Shown here: one piece after another, positions 13,052-27,230 of the stretch
Position numbering within the stretch: position 1 is the first letter of the stretch
How the letters are laid out: every line of letters starts with the position of its first letter
From: Podarcis erhardii
Taxonomy: Eukaryota
DNA: 64,000 nucleotides
Strand: one strand, 5' to 3'
Assembly (NCBI GenBank): GCA_964252035.1
Contig: OZ176200.1
Translations under genes and position numbers: made by a program
Notes under the pieces: model-generated
The model's input: the letters and a program-made list of their open reading frames with translations, nothing else
Databases searched by the model: none
What the model was told of the DNA's origin: nothing

Positions 13052-13890
13052 AGAACCAAAATTGTCTCATAAATAAGCACTAGCTCTCAGCTTCACCAAT
13101 TAATCAACTCAAGCTTTGTGTTGATAAAGCTATCATCTAAACTGATTAAAATGTGAAGCCCTAACAAATAAGACAATTATGAATTATGAACCTGCTGTTA
13201 TGGAAAAGCAATTACTGAGTGATGATTATCTCTAATTCTATATCACACACCCCATCTGTTGAGGGGGGAGAGACTTTGCGCCCCATATTGGACTTTATGA
13301 TGGTCAGTTACTGCATCTTTTCCCCTTCATGCCTTCCTTCCGGATGGTCTTAAACTGGAAACCTTGTCGGATGCATTTGCTATAGCACACTCTCCAACAT
13401 TTCACAGATGGAAACAAGCAATACCCAAATTCCCAAAACAAGAATTACTGATTGAGCCAACCCCACCACCCTGAAATTACACATTGCTATTCATTCGGTT
13501 ACATATGCTGTATGCTTGTCATCTGTAATACATTAATTGTAAAGCTAAGAGGGTGTAGAATCATTTGTTGAAAGATATACCAGGAAAAGAAAATTGTCCT
13601 CCAATACCAACTGTTCAAAACCTACCTCTGCAGCTGCAGTAAATAAAACAACAGGCTTTGCACTGCGTAGTGCCTTTGTGTTGTAGCATGAAGCCGCATG
13701 GTTCAGAATATAGGGAGCTGCTTTATGCCGAATCAGGCTATTGATCCATTTAAGTCAATATTGTCCACACTGGCTGGCAGCAGCTCTCCAGGATTTCAGA
13801 CTGGAGTCTCTCCCAGCCCTAACTAGAGATGCCAGCAATTGAATCTGGGACCTTCTGTATGCAAAGCGTGTTCTCCTTCATGGAGAGCAT

Positions 13891-14670
13891 GTGTTGCGGT
13901 GGGGGCCGCCAAGACACTCCAGAGTTGGGGGCGGGCTAATTGATCGTTGGCCACTGATGTGATTGGGGCTTCCCTTGTCGTTGGGAAGAAGTTAATGTTG
14001 CCATTTGTTGATTGACAGCCAGAAATGCTAAAACTCCCTGCACAAGGCGTAGAGCTTCCTCTTTTCGCTCCGTGCATCGGATTGCCTGTCCCCCCCTCCC
14101 TAGAATTAGGGTTGTTCGCTTTGACCTTGCTATGCCTGTCATGAGGTTGTCTGCTCTTGGGGCAGGGGCCTGGTAGGAATTTTGTCTATCTGGCTGATTG
14201 GCTGGGGTCATTTGGTTTTTGCCTACTGCGTAGCAAATCGTCACAACTTGTAAGGTTGCGGTTAGGCACTGGTTTATGGTTTGGTTGGTTGAGGGGCATG
14301 GATTGGCTGTGCCTGCCCCTCTAATGCTGCTGCTGCAAGGGATTCTGTTAAAGGAATCAGGGGCTAACTATTGCTTGTCCACTCTGTCAAGGGGGCTCGG
14401 GCCATAGCAATGAGCTCCTGTTTGCATTTGGGGAGGGCTGAGGGCAGGTTCCCTGCTCCATTGCTACCCCCAAGTGTATTCCCCTTTTCTGACTTTTGCA
14501 TCGTGCAGAATGTCAGTCTGTCCCCCATGGTGGGGGCAGATAGTCGCAACCGAAGCAACTACTCACATTTTTGTATTTTAATAAAGTTGTGGCCAAAATT
14601 ATGCCAAAAACCTTAAACAAAAATTCTGTGTGATGTGTGAGTTATTGGGGTGGCCCTGGGGACCTCGATA
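13891..14670 (+). mobile_element. Probable solo LTR
   Basis: Starts TGTTG, retains CpGs, has several inverted CCAAT boxes and AATAAA at 14580-14585 followed by gttgtggcc, and no coding capacity. The right end and TSD are ambiguous. Confidence 0.5.
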
Positions 14671-17585
14671 TGCAAAGTCCATGCCCTATGATCAAGCATC
14701 GACCCTTCAGTGTTGAGTGCTGATGCCACAGAGAAACCATGCATCCATTCCCCAACCATTATGACTGAACACTCTAGCAGCTCATGACAAGAAAGGACCC
14801 CAAAAGGGACAAAATAGGGATCAGGCAGAAGTATGAGCAAATAAGGACTGTACCCATATTCTGCAGTATGCTTTCTCCTGTCAGCAGTGCTGTGGTCTTA
14901 GATAAGCAAATGCAAGCAAGCTGTACCAATGTACACACAAACATTCCCATACGAAATCAGGGGCTTCAGTTCCTTTGCATCAATTATTGCTGGAAGTTAT
15001 ACATTTTTCACATTTTTCAAAAAAATCCTGCAAGACCCTGAAAGCCAGAAAAGTTCTAAGCTTTCTGTTGTTCCAAGGGAAGAAAAATAAAGTGGGGAAG
15101 TTTTGGATAAAAGCATACACAATTGATTTCTCCTTCCCTATTTACTGTTTTCCTATAATCATTCACAAAAGCTAGTCATTCAGTAATGCATTATTCCAAA
15201 TGTCCAACAGCAGCGATAGCAATCTCTCAAGACTTAGGAGTTGAGATAGAAGAAAACATAATTACCATACTGTTTAGCAGGAAATGGTAGGGCTAAGAAG
15301 TTCAGACTGCAGTCCTAAACATATGTACCTTGGAGCAAATCTCATAATATTTAATGAAACTTATTCCTAAGTAGACACACTAAGAATTGTGCTTTAAGCA
15401 TCTGCTACATTTCTGCTATCTTAAAAATAATAATAATAATAAAACTTTCCGTTATATCTGCATTTTTTACAGGTAGAAAGGAATAATCCAAACTAGTGGT
15501 TTATTTATAATTTTAATGTGATTTACTATATAACTTCAATGCAATCTTATTCCAAATAATTAAAATCAGCTGGATATTGTGACTTAATTTCATCTATATG
15601 TGTGTTTGTGTATAAATTGTTTGATCATTGCAGGATAATGTCAAGATGACTCACTTTGAAAGTACACAGAAAGTAAGAGGAATCATCCACAACCCTAATG
15701 CCATTGTAAGTGAGAAATGAAAAATACACTGAAAAGTCGTTGAGAAGGTGAGGAAGTGAAGGAAGTGAATCATTTGATTTTTTTGGGGGGGGGAGTTATA
15801 TTTGGTTCCTCTTAACCTGATTTTATGACATCTTTCTATCTATATATCAATGAAGACTTCAGCCCAATTTATTTCTTCTGTTGTTCAAGGAACTGTGACT
15901 AAGGCCTAATGAGCTATTGTGAAGCAGCATGAATCTTCAACTCGCCCTCAGGTCACAATTAAACAAATGTTATGAAAACACCATTAATTGGAAGCAAATC
16001 AAGCACATCTCATTGCACATGTATGAAGGGAGGCTTTTTAAAACTCTCTGACGACAATTGGTAACGGATGTTGGTTTCCAAAATTGATAGAAGAAAACAC
16101 CCCTTCACTCTCATGGGTCAACTACCAAGGCTACTTGAAGTTGTGTTGAAGGTCCAGTGAGGATGTCTTACTAGCTTCTGCAGACTATAGTTTGGAAACT
16201 GAGATTCAGCTTCACATGGACTTCCTTTTCCTCCCTTTTCTCCCATCCAGAGCAATTTCCCTATCCCCTTCCCTTCCCTACCCAACGCTAACCATAATTT
16301 CTTGTTGCATGTCTATTATCATTATTTCAAAAACTAGAGCTTGTAATCATGGTTTGAAGTTGGTTTGCAAATTATGGCTATAAGAGAACCACTTGGAATA
16401 ATGCACATGTAAGAACAAACCATGGTCTATCAAAGCCAGTCGTAAGACATTTTCTTCCCTGAGGCAGAACAGCAAATGCCAACCGCCCACTCTCCTCAGT
16501 CAAGGTGCTTAGTACCAAAGGCTTATCAAGTTATTTTGGCATCTGAGACAGAAAATCTCACAGACATCTTTCCTTGGGTTATAATAAATTAAACAATCGG
16601 CAATTTCCTTTCTTTTCCATGAGGCCCCCAAATCAGTTGCCCAAAGTAACTGACATACGCTGCCTAGTGGTCAGGCAGGCCCTGCCGGTTATTGCCAAGA
16701 TGGGAAGAGAAATTTGTTATTTGTTTCATGCCCTGGGACCTTATGATGAAGGGTGGGTAAGAAATCAAATACATAGCAAGAACATTGCTTCAGAGAGGCA
16801 GCAACGTGTTCCTATAGCCGACTCCAAATTTGGAAATGATGGTTTTCTAGAAGCCAGTGTCATAACTGCACTGGGCTGTTCAATTATTTGGGTTAGAGAA
16901 CTGCAGGTTGTTGAGACTCCTGCACGATGATTTTTGCCATGTCCTGTTCTTACTCTTAAGTCTGATCCAGAATGGCAATGCTTATGTACGTAATTCTATG
17001 TGCTGTCCCTTTATGTCCCCTATTACAACTGTGAGGCCCATATGGCTGTGAAGGAAAACTTGAAAAAAGAAGGACAATCTTGGGGAGAAATCAGAACTGC
17101 TGGGTATTTGGTAGCCAGTGCTTCTGTGTGCTCATTAGGTCCTTGACCTTCTTGGTGGCTAGTAGAAGTAGATGTATGAATGGGGCAGCCACCTCCCAGT
17201 CACTCAGGGTCCTATGCTGTATGAGGGAGGGGAGTTCCTGTTGCACACAGAGTGCGCCCTTCCCCCTTGAGGGACTTACTGCCCCCAGACAAGAGGTTAA
17301 TTATTTGCACAAAGCTGCCCCTTATCAGCCATTCTCCAAATTCCCCTGAGGTCTCCCTGCAGCCTCTTAAGGTAGTGTGATGCCATATTTTAACTTCTAG
17401 TGTGAGGTCAGAAAAAATAATGTTATGCAATGCCAAAGTTACAGAAAACCAGTATATTCTCTTTGGAGCAAGCTGAAGCATATTAAAATGCCATCCACTT
17501 TCTCTGGACTAAACAGTCCCTCAACTTGCCTGCCTCTCAGAAGACTCTTACTCTCAAGTAGCAGCATTTTGCTTGCCTATTTTCC

Positions 17586-17737
17586 TAGGGTTGCCATATT
17601 TCAAAATGCCAAAAAAAAGGGAATTTTTTGATTGACTTGTCTAAGATCCAGGGCAAAGCAGCGCCTTTGGGAAATTCCCCCCAGACATCAATCCCACCTT
17701 TGAAATCCCGGTAATGTCCAAACGCATGGCAGCCCTA
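17586..17737. mobile_element. hAT MITE
   Basis: TIR tagggttgcca / tggcagcccta, with attttcc repeated on both flanks (degenerate 8-bp TSD). Confidence 0.75.
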
Positions 17738-18959
17738 ATTTTCCAGGTTTGCAAAGCTGGAAATTCACTTTGAAAAAAAATTCACTTTGAATTTCCTGCC
17801 TCATTGCTGTCTACTTGTTCACACAGATTCCCCTGTTCTAGCACATGCTCCTCCCATTGGGTTACAAGGAAGTTTGGCTTTTTAACTTTCCTGCCCTCCG
17901 ACAGAAATGTGCCACGTAGGTTAATGGAGTTTCACTACCTTGATATTTGAGCCTCCGGGAATTTGCTAGGTCTCCAAGTGAAGGCTGTAATGGACAAACA
18001 ACGGACAAACAAGATAGACATGTGAAAGACAGGGAAAAATATGGACGCCTCTAAGATATGCAACAGTCCACACAAGCAGCACAGGACAACAAAGTCCAAT
18101 TCCTTCCCAATAAGAAATATATAAACACAAAAATACACAATGTTGTATATGGAACTTTGCTTATACTGCTATGGAGTATGCACTCATGCAAAGGATTTGG
18201 AGTTCACTTCCAAATTATGGACTGAAATAATAAGTGTGCTTTCATAGTAAACTTAATAGCCTCCTTTAGTTTGCTTTGGTCTCCTATACCGCACAGCTGA
18301 ATCTGGGCAGGGGAGAGTCTACTATACATGCAGTGATGTAATTGTGCAGGGTTCTTTTCTAAAGAAATCTAATTGCATATAATTAAACTGATTGCATGAA
18401 ATAGCTCATGATTTTATGGAACAGTTAAACAAACCTGTGAAAACAGCAGTTATAAAGTGAACTCACAAAACCTAACACAATCTGTAGTAAAAGACAAAAT
18501 TGTATAAACATATTAGGTAGAATTCAACACTGCACTATCACAAAGGTTCTGTCTGCACAATAATTGCAGCTTGCCAGATGGAATGCTGGTCTGGGAGTTC
18601 ACCCCTCAGCCAATTTCAGGGCAAGAGGGGAGCCTGAGGGAGGGAGGAGGGGGAGGGGGAGGGGAGAAAGCCCCATTGCTCAAGCAGAAGCCTATGTGCA
18701 AGGCTTCTCGTGATGGAGTCTGTTAGGTGAATCCTGCCCATCATCTCAAATTTCTCACAACCCTCCTACAAACTGTAGATGCTGTTTGGCGGCACCTAGG
18801 GTTGTAGAGGGGTAAATGTAAGTCACTATTAGTAGCAGTAGTAGTAGCAGTATATATTTGTATGGTGACCTTCATCCAAAGATCATTAAATGAGAACACA
18901 TGATACATAATAAAACAAAAAACAAACAAACCAATAACCCTACTTCCACAAACACATTT

Positions 18960-19720
18960 AAAAGGCCATAGAATATTAATCAGCCCAAGTTCTCTCTGGT
19001 TGAAGAGAAATGTTTTCACCTGGCACCGAAAGATATATAATGAAGGTGCCAGGCAAGTCTCTCTGGGCAGCATATTCCACAAACAGAGAGCCACTGCAGA
19101 AAAGGCCCATTCTTGTGTTGCCACCCTCTGGACTTCTCATGGAGAAGAAGAGTTTGGATTTGATATCCCGCCTTTCACTCCCTTTAAGGAGTCTCAAAGC
19201 GGCTAACATTCTCCTTTCCCTTCCTCCCCCACAACAAACACTCTGTGAGGTGAGTGAGGCTGAGAGACTTCAAAGAAGTGTGACTAGCCCAAGGTCACCC
19301 AGCAGCTGCATGTGGAGGAGCGGAGACGCGAACCTGGTTCCCCAGATTACGAGACTACCGCTCTTAACCACTACACCACACTGGCACCACACTGGAGGAG
19401 ACAGGAATAATGGCCTCAGAGGATGACTGCAGGTTCCAGGTCAATTCATATGGGGAGAGGCAGTCTTTGAAGTATTGCAGTCTTGAGCCATTTAAGGCTT
19501 TATAGGTCAAAACCAGTGCTTTGAATTGGGCCCAAAACTATTGGCACTCAATGCAGCCAGAATTGGTGCAATATGCACAAACTGTCTTGCCCTAGTGAGC
19601 AACCTGGCTACTGAATTCTACACCAGCTGAAGTCAAATTGTCTTCAGAGGCAGCCCAACATATAACACTTTGCAGTAATCTAACTTACAGGTTTCCAGAG
19701 CCTCCCATTACATTCTGGCC
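18960..19720 (-). mobile_element. L2 LINE 3' fragment interrupted by a SINE
   Basis: Minus-strand AFSAVALCLWNMLP...FRCQVKTFLF motif; the L2 continues after the SINE. Confidence 0.8.
19145..19395 (-). mobile_element. Young Squam3-like SINE nested in L2
   Basis: Seven substitutions versus the 12802-13051 copy by hand alignment; short tggag duplication at the flanks. Confidence 0.88.
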
Positions 19721-21534
19721 CAAAGGAGGTGGTAGAACCAACAGCATCCCACTGTGACATGTTTTGAAGCATTTTGAGGATAAAATTACTTGCTTCCACT
19801 GGGATCCTGACTCCACCGTTACAGCAGATGTCTCTCAAGGGGTGTCCAAAGCACAGTCTAGTCCTCTTGTGTTGGATGAATTTAAAATACTTTAAATGAT
19901 GAATAGAAAATCTTGAAATAAATGTAAATGATCAAAAAGCAGCACCAACTTGAATGATGGCAACCAGGGAAAGCTTTTGTATATTAAAGCTCTTCATCAG
20001 CAGAAAGAAAACAAGGAAGTTACTAGACTGATTTTCTTGGGTTAGATGTTCCAAAGGTGAGAGCAAGGCGAAAAAAGGTTTTATCTTGCATTTCAATCAG
20101 TTTCATGAGAAGGTAACATGAACATTAAGTATAGGTTGTTTCAAATCAGGCTGAGAAGAAATGGTGATCCTACTCCCAAAGCAAGGTAGTGTGAATTGGC
20201 TTTTTGATATTGTGAGACTGTCCTAGGACCTGCAATCCTGTATATACTTATCTAGGGAGTAACCCTTACTGAACTCAATAGGACTAAATTTCCGAATACA
20301 CATGCTGTGAATTGTAATGGATAAGTATTCCTAGCATGAAAAAGGATGGAAAATATAATTTAAACATTAGGAGTTTATATCAGAAAGGAAATCTTGTCTT
20401 CTCCCACCACTTTTTCTTTAAACAACAACACAGGAGGCATCAAGGGACGTCAGTCCAGATAGTTCATCTATGGAAGGGTGTCTGCGTAAAATAGACCTGG
20501 GATACAAGTGCAGGGAAAGTGCAGAGATGCTGGGATGCTTTATTCCCCAGAAGCCTGGATAACACAGAGCTGCCATAAGCCTAGGTCTGCCTGTGTTACC
20601 AGGGAAACTAGCATACAGTCAATGGAAGTCAAGCAAGAGGAATGTTGAGCCCCAGAAGGTGAGAGTCCACAAACAAGAGAGAATCCTGCTGCCTTCATAC
20701 AGCCAATGGAGATGGACCAATTGCCCCACACCTTCTTCCAGGGGAACCTTCATCTAATTCTAGCAGTAAACCCCTGGCATATGATGAGTCAAGCAATATG
20801 CAGGCTGGGTTACATTCTCTAGACTTGAAAAACTAATCAAACTACATGGATGGTATTCAGGAAACTGAGAGTGGAACCACACATTAAGTAGGGCTTCTCT
20901 TCTTTCCTGGTGCACTGCCCTGAAAATAGGATTCTCAGGATTGAGGGACAGAGTCTATAATGACATGGAACTGGGTGTAGGGGAGTTGGAGCCAGGGAGG
21001 GAGGCAATCAGGAGCTCCCTTGCATGAATGGAGATGCCTTCAATTCATACAGGAAGTTCACTCGTTCACTGTCAACGAGAATGGAAGGCTTGTGGAAATT
21101 ACCATTTTGCTCTCAGTGCTGACATTTTCCCACCGTCATTGTCTTTGTGCCTATGGCAACTGCTCCCTTTCTGATGAAAGAGTTGGCCAATTTCTTTGTC
21201 ACATGAAGAACCTACAGTTTTGAATACCACTAAGAGCCTCAACATCAGGTGAGTGGCTGAGTGTTTTAGATTCAGGTTCTTCATGAACATGCCCAGCATT
21301 CACTGCAAGCTTGAGGTAACCACCATGGAGACAAGGGACCCATTTGTGTGCACTAGGTGTCACAAAAACGGTTCATGTTAGCTACACCTTGGCACCACTG
21401 CAAAAGCTTCTGAACCCACTTCACCTCCTCTGAAAGTGCCTGACAATTGGTTGTGAGCATTTGCTCCCACTTATTTTTTTAAAGTGAATGTCCAAGGCCA
21501 ATCAGCTTGTGACTGTTGCTATTTAGTGATTTTG

Positions 21535-22002
21535 TTTTTTTTATATAAGTGTTTATTAGAGTTTCCAAATTAATACAAAGAAGAAAAGAACGAAAAAAGA
21601 AGAAACAAAAACAAAAATACACAAAAAGTAACAAAAATACAAAGATACAAAATTAAAAAACAGTTAAAACAAATATAGTTTCCATTACTTATTTCCATTA
21701 ACTTGTTTCCCAGACCTCCTCTCACCTCCCCCTTTTGTATTCCAGTTCAAATTCTTAACTCAGCAAATCCTTATTATAACTTATTATAACTTATTATAAC
21801 TTACTGCTCAACCTTTACATTACAGCTGGTAACCACTTAATTTCTGTCCAACATCCCTCTAATGTCCATTAATTTTGCAATGCCTCTGCAAATAGTCTTT
21901 AAATTTCTTCCAGTCTTCTTCCGCCGACTCTTTTCCCTGGTCTCGGATTCTGCCAGTCATTTCTGCTAGTCCCATGTAGTCTATCACCTTCATCTGCCAT
22001 GA
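21535..22002 (-). mobile_element. 5'-truncated L1 with 15-bp TSD
   Basis: TSD tatttagtgattttg at 21520-21534 and 22003-22017, poly(T) on + at the 3' end, and ORF2 end WQMKVIDYMGLAEMTGRIRDQGKESAEEDWKKFKDYL. Confidence 0.92.
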
Positions 22003-22265
22003 TATTTAGTGATTTTGAATCAATTTTTTTGGCATATAAAAGTGGCCTTAGTGGCCTTCAAGAATAAGATGGAAATCACTCTTGTTCTGAATAAACCGGA
22101 ATCCCCATGGACTTTGGAAGTCTACTTCATTATTCGGACAATTTTTTCATTATGAATATCTGTCTAGACATAAGAGAACAGTACAAAACATTACTCATGG
22201 TCCAAAAAATACTCTCTATGAAAGAAAAGAAAGTAAATAATAGAGACTTCACCTAACCTTTAAAA

Positions 22266-22266
<1 letters not shown>

Positions 22267-22351
<85 letters not shown>
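22267..22351. repeat. Compound (TG)n(AG)n microsatellite (also 22873-22943); (CT)n(GT)n at 24827-24889, 30776-30825 and 62803-62836
   Basis: Directly visible. Confidence 0.97.
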
Positions 22352-22353
<2 letters not shown>

Positions 22354-22873
22354 CTACAAAAATGGGGGAAATTCATAATGATTTCCAAGCAGGATAATCA
22401 TCATTAAATACACACGCATCCCTTTCTGTACAGTAAGCTTTGCTTGTGTGTCTTTTTAATGAAGAAGGTAGATTCTAATTCTTCTAATTAGTTCATCATT
22501 ACAACAATTGATTTTCAAAGCAGGAAGAATCAGAACTAGGTGCCTTATTAGAGCAGTCAGCCAATCTCTGTTCTCAATCTGCTGGTGAACAATAAGTAAT
22601 AAATTAGAGATAATGGTATATCATAAGTGGGAAATCATTATTACCTTCTTCAAGTGGTAACATCAGTCACGTTCATGCTTTTAGCATTCATCCTGTGCAT
22701 TCTACAGGAATTGCAGTGTTGTTTGCCAGTAAGCCATGCAAACATTACAGAAATATTTTATAGAAACTGTTGTCAATATTTCTCATGATTCCCACTTCCA
22801 TTATGCATGATAACATGTCAGAATGTACACCATAGTTGCATGTCTCTTTCTGCATACAAAAACCCAGCAAACT

Positions 22874-22946
<73 letters not shown>

Positions 22947-24824
22947 GCTATGTATCTAAAAAATATTAGGGGTACATAGTTGTAGATCAAGCCTACCAAA
23001 CTTGGGACCCTCTAAATTGGCCAGCTGCACCTGCTGAAATTCCCTCTTCTTCACAACTGTAAAGGGTGCAGGAGAACTTTGTGTACTTTTTCAGTTTTAC
23101 TTGGCCACCCACCAGGTTAGTCAGGCATGTCATGCAATTAACAGCCCTTCGACTTTTGCAGTTCAGAACAGGCAGTAGGAATGGGAAGCTAAATCAGCCT
23201 CTGGGAGCCTCCAGGAGGCTTAATGTGTGTAACATTAAGACTGAGTAGGCCCATCGTGGAGAATTTTTCTTAAGTTAAACCCCACCTGCTGTTCAGAGGA
23301 ATGGATTATATCCTCATGACTAGTTTTCATGTCACTTGGGCTCACGCATTGTAAAAAGTTGACAGATCGGGCAAGCACGTCCAACACTTTAATCTACCAT
23401 AATATGAAAACACTTTTTTCCATAGTAGTATTTTAGCAACCTCACAGGAAAGGAGGGATAGAGAGTATATGGCCTTCCAGATGTTTTTGGACTCCAACTC
23501 CCATCAGCCCCAGCCAGCATGGCCAATGATGATGGGAGCAACACCTGGATGGTCATTGCTTCCCCATCTCTGTAGTAAAGGATCTCTGGATTAATTTTTT
23601 TAGCTTTGCTAGCCAGTTTAGCATGTTGCTTTCAGCTGTTCCTCTTCTGCACTTACAGTCCCTTGTCAGTGCTTTTCCAGATCTGAAGGAAAGTAATTCT
23701 TAAATGGTTTTCAGAGGAAATGAAAAAAGAATACACCATAAGTTTCTTATTGCTTTATGAATAAAAACACACACGGATATGCCCAAGGCAAAAACATCTG
23801 CTTAACTAGAGGGAAATATTTGGCAACGCTTCCCGTAATCACCCCTGATAATAATAGCTGGTAATATAGATACCTCCAGAGAACACAAGGATAAATCGGC
23901 AAGATCAAAGGGATACTTTAGTCATTAACTCTCCATTTCAATGACAGTGGCAATGAGAGAATAGCTTATCAGTGTAAAACAAAACATGGCTCCACCACAA
24001 AGTTATAGCAGCCAAGACTGCTGTTTAGGGGGGTGTATCACTTGCAGAAAGTATATGCTTTAGATGCACAGTTGTGAGTGCACAATGTGCATCAAGAATT
24101 AACAGGCTGACATAGTAAAAAACCATCCGACAGCAGAACCCTCTGTATGTTTACTCAAAATCAGTCTCACTGAATTGAATGGGGGTTATTCCCAGGTCAT
24201 AGGGTACTGTATAGGACTGCAGCCTAAATGTTTCCTTAGGCATGATTCTTTTCTTTCTTTAGCAGTATGGCACCCATGGGCCCCATGTACTCATAGAGGC
24301 CTTCCCTGATGCTCAACAGTCTCCCTCTTCCTGCTGAAGCTAGGCTTGAAAGTAGCCACTAGAATAGGTTGTGGTGTATAATATCTAGGATATTACAGAA
24401 GTGCCATGAATGGAGAACACATGGAGCCAAGGAGCATAGCACACCCACTGCCCTACAAGATCTCCAGAGGGAAGGTGCATTCGGACATGGAGATTATTCT
24501 GCTAGTTTTCCTGGTTATAATGCTAGTGCTTCTGCCCTGAATTCCAATGTTCCTTTTACAATGCATTACCTGTTGCATTGTGGAACTGTGGCTTTTGATC
24601 AATAGACCACCATGCCATGCTAACTTTCATTCACAACAGACATCATTGGACATGTCAGCATGCTTCATGCACATGCACACTTCTGTTTCCCCATAACTCA
24701 TTCATGAGAACACCAGAAATAAATTTATGCCAGAATACTACCCCAAATTTCCTCATGTGAGCAGCAGTGATGTGATCCATGAAAAGTACAGCACAAAACT
24801 GCTATGATTTTCTGGGTTAGTGGG

Positions 24825-24893
<69 letters not shown>

Positions 24894-25519
24894 TGCCATA
24901 AAACAAAAATGAACTGGTAAGGAAATTTGGGGAAATGGAATAAAGTGCTGTCTCAATGCAGCCAGGGGCAGTCTCAAATGATCCTAGCCTTCCACAGCTG
25001 ACTTCAGCTTAGAATTTAGTTTTCTCTCAAAACTGCCATTTTTCTTTTCTTCCTTTCTACACACACACACACATGTCCAGCTATTTTGTATCCAGTCTGG
25101 ATCATTTGACTGCAATTTCCTTAAAATGTGAGACTGACTGCTGACTCTTATGGAACTTTATGAAAATGTTGCCTCTTTCTTTGCTCCCCTGTCCAAGTTG
25201 GGCCTGGGGTTGGCATATCCATCATTTCACCCTAATATACCATTACTGCCAGTAACACCTGAAACAGGAAAGCAATGGGAGAAGGCTGGACAATTTGGCA
25301 AATTTTGCCAACAGCGGCCTCCAAACTGTGCTCGCACGAGAAGTGACCACAACATCTGGTCTTCTGATATGCTGTGCTTGTCAGTCTTTAGGACCTGCTT
25401 CCTGCTGCATGTCCATACAAGCAGTAAACATTTCACACATCTAACAGCTGGTAAAATGTGGACTGCACAGCAGTAAACATGTCATTAATATAACAGCTGG
25501 TCACATGTGGACTGGGTGA

Positions 25520-26360
25520 GATAAGTGTTAGGTGGATTTGATAGCCAATGCCACAGAAGACATAATTGGGATTCAATAGGACCTTAACAGATTGGAGAAC
25601 TGGACAAAAACAAACAAAATGAATTTCAATAGGGACATATGCAAAGTTCTACACTTAGGTAGGAAGAACTAGCTGCACAAATATAAGATGGAGGACACTT
25701 GGCTTGCCAGTCAAAAGGATCTGAGGGTCTTAGTAGACCACAAGCTTAATATGAGTCAACAGTGTGACACAGCAGCAAAAAATAAAGGGGGGGAGAGAAG
25801 GCTATGCGTGGCTGCATCAACAAAAACATAGTGTCATGATCAAGGGAAGTCATAGTACCACCCTATTCTGTCACACCACACCTGGAATACTGTGTCCAGT
25901 TCTGGGCACCACAATTTAAGAAGGAGATTTACAAGCTGGAATGTGCAGAGGAGGACAATCAAGATGAACAAAGATCTGGAAACCAAGCCTTATGAGGAAC
26001 AATTGAGGGAGATGGGTATGCTTAACCTGGAAAAGAGAAGACTGAGAGGAGATATGATAACCATCTTCAAATATCTAAAGGGTGTCACATGGAGATGGAA
26101 CGAGCATGTTTTTTCCTGCTCAGAGGATAGAACCTGAACCAATGGTTTCAAGTTACAAGGAACAAGATTCCAACTAAACACCAGGAGGAACATTCTAATG
26201 TTAAGAATTGTTTGACAGTGGAACAGAATCCCTTGGAAGGTTGTGGACTCTGCTTCCTGGGAGGTTTTTAAGCAGAAATTGGATGCCCATTTGTCATGGA
26301 TAATCTACGTGAGATTCCTGCGTTTGCTCAGGGTTCCTTCCATCTCTGCAATTCTATGAT
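25520..26360 (+). mobile_element. CR1 LINE 3' fragment
   Basis: RT C-terminal motifs ([11 protein letters not shown]...LECVQRR..KM, LEKRRLRGDMI..FKYLKG) and an attctatgat tail. Confidence 0.9.
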
Positions 26361-26375
26361 GCCTTGATTCTAGGG

Positions 26376-26511
26376 CAGGCATAGGCAAACTCCGGCCCTC
26401 CAGATGTTTGGAACTACAATTCCCATCATCCCTGATAACTGGTCCTGTTAGCTAGGGATTATGGGAGTTGTAGTCCCAAACATCTAGAGGGCCGGACTTT
26501 GCCTATGCCTG
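26376..26511. mobile_element. Palindromic hAT MITE with perfect 8-bp TSD
   Basis: TIR caggcataggcaaa / tttgcctatgcctg; TSD ttctaggg at 26368-26375 and 26512-26519. Confidence 0.93.
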
Positions 26512-27005
26512 TTCTAGGGCCATAGTTACATTACTCAGAACAGGGCTTTACATGTCTAGTGTTTGTGTGCCTTATGAACGATGGATATTCCTGCTGTCAC
26601 CATGGTTTCAGTAAGCAAGATTTTCCTGCTTATTCAAAGAATGATGATTGAAAAGTCCAGCACCGGATGTTTCGGCTGGAACTGTTAATTTCCCTTGGGC
26701 TGATTCATGCTACCAAACTGGCTTGTTGAGATCACGTAACTGCTTCATCACTGCACACACTTAGCACACACTGATCAGCCAGGTGTCGGCCCCATCACTA
26801 AGCAAAGTCAGGTGCCCGCCTCAGGTGATGGATTGGGAGTGCTATCACAGCAGCAAATTGTCAGCTTTGTACCAGGTGTGAACCTACATGAAGGCAAGGT
26901 TTCAAATACAAGGGGACAAATCCCCCTAACTGGTCAGCGAAGGGGAACTACACATACAGAGAGCATTCTGAGTGGACCCAAGAAGTTTGTATAGTAATGC
27001 ATGTA

Positions 27006-27230
27006 CAGTGGTATCTCGGGTTACATATGCTTCAGGTTACAGACTCAGCTAACCCAGAAATAGTACCTCGGGTTAAGAACTTTGCTTCAGGATGAGAACA
27101 AAAATTGTGCAGTGGCAGCGTGGCGACAGCAGGAGGCCCCATTAGCTAAAGTGGTGCTTCAGGTTAAGAACAGTTTTAGGTTAAGAACAGCCTCCAGAAC
27201 GAATTAAGTTCTTAATCCAAGGTACCACTG
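27006..27230. mobile_element. Tigger-like (Tc1/mariner) MITE, copy 1 of 3
   Basis: TIR cagtggtatctcggg / ccaaggtaccactg, TA on both sides, and internal caggttaagaac repeats. Confidence 0.92.
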
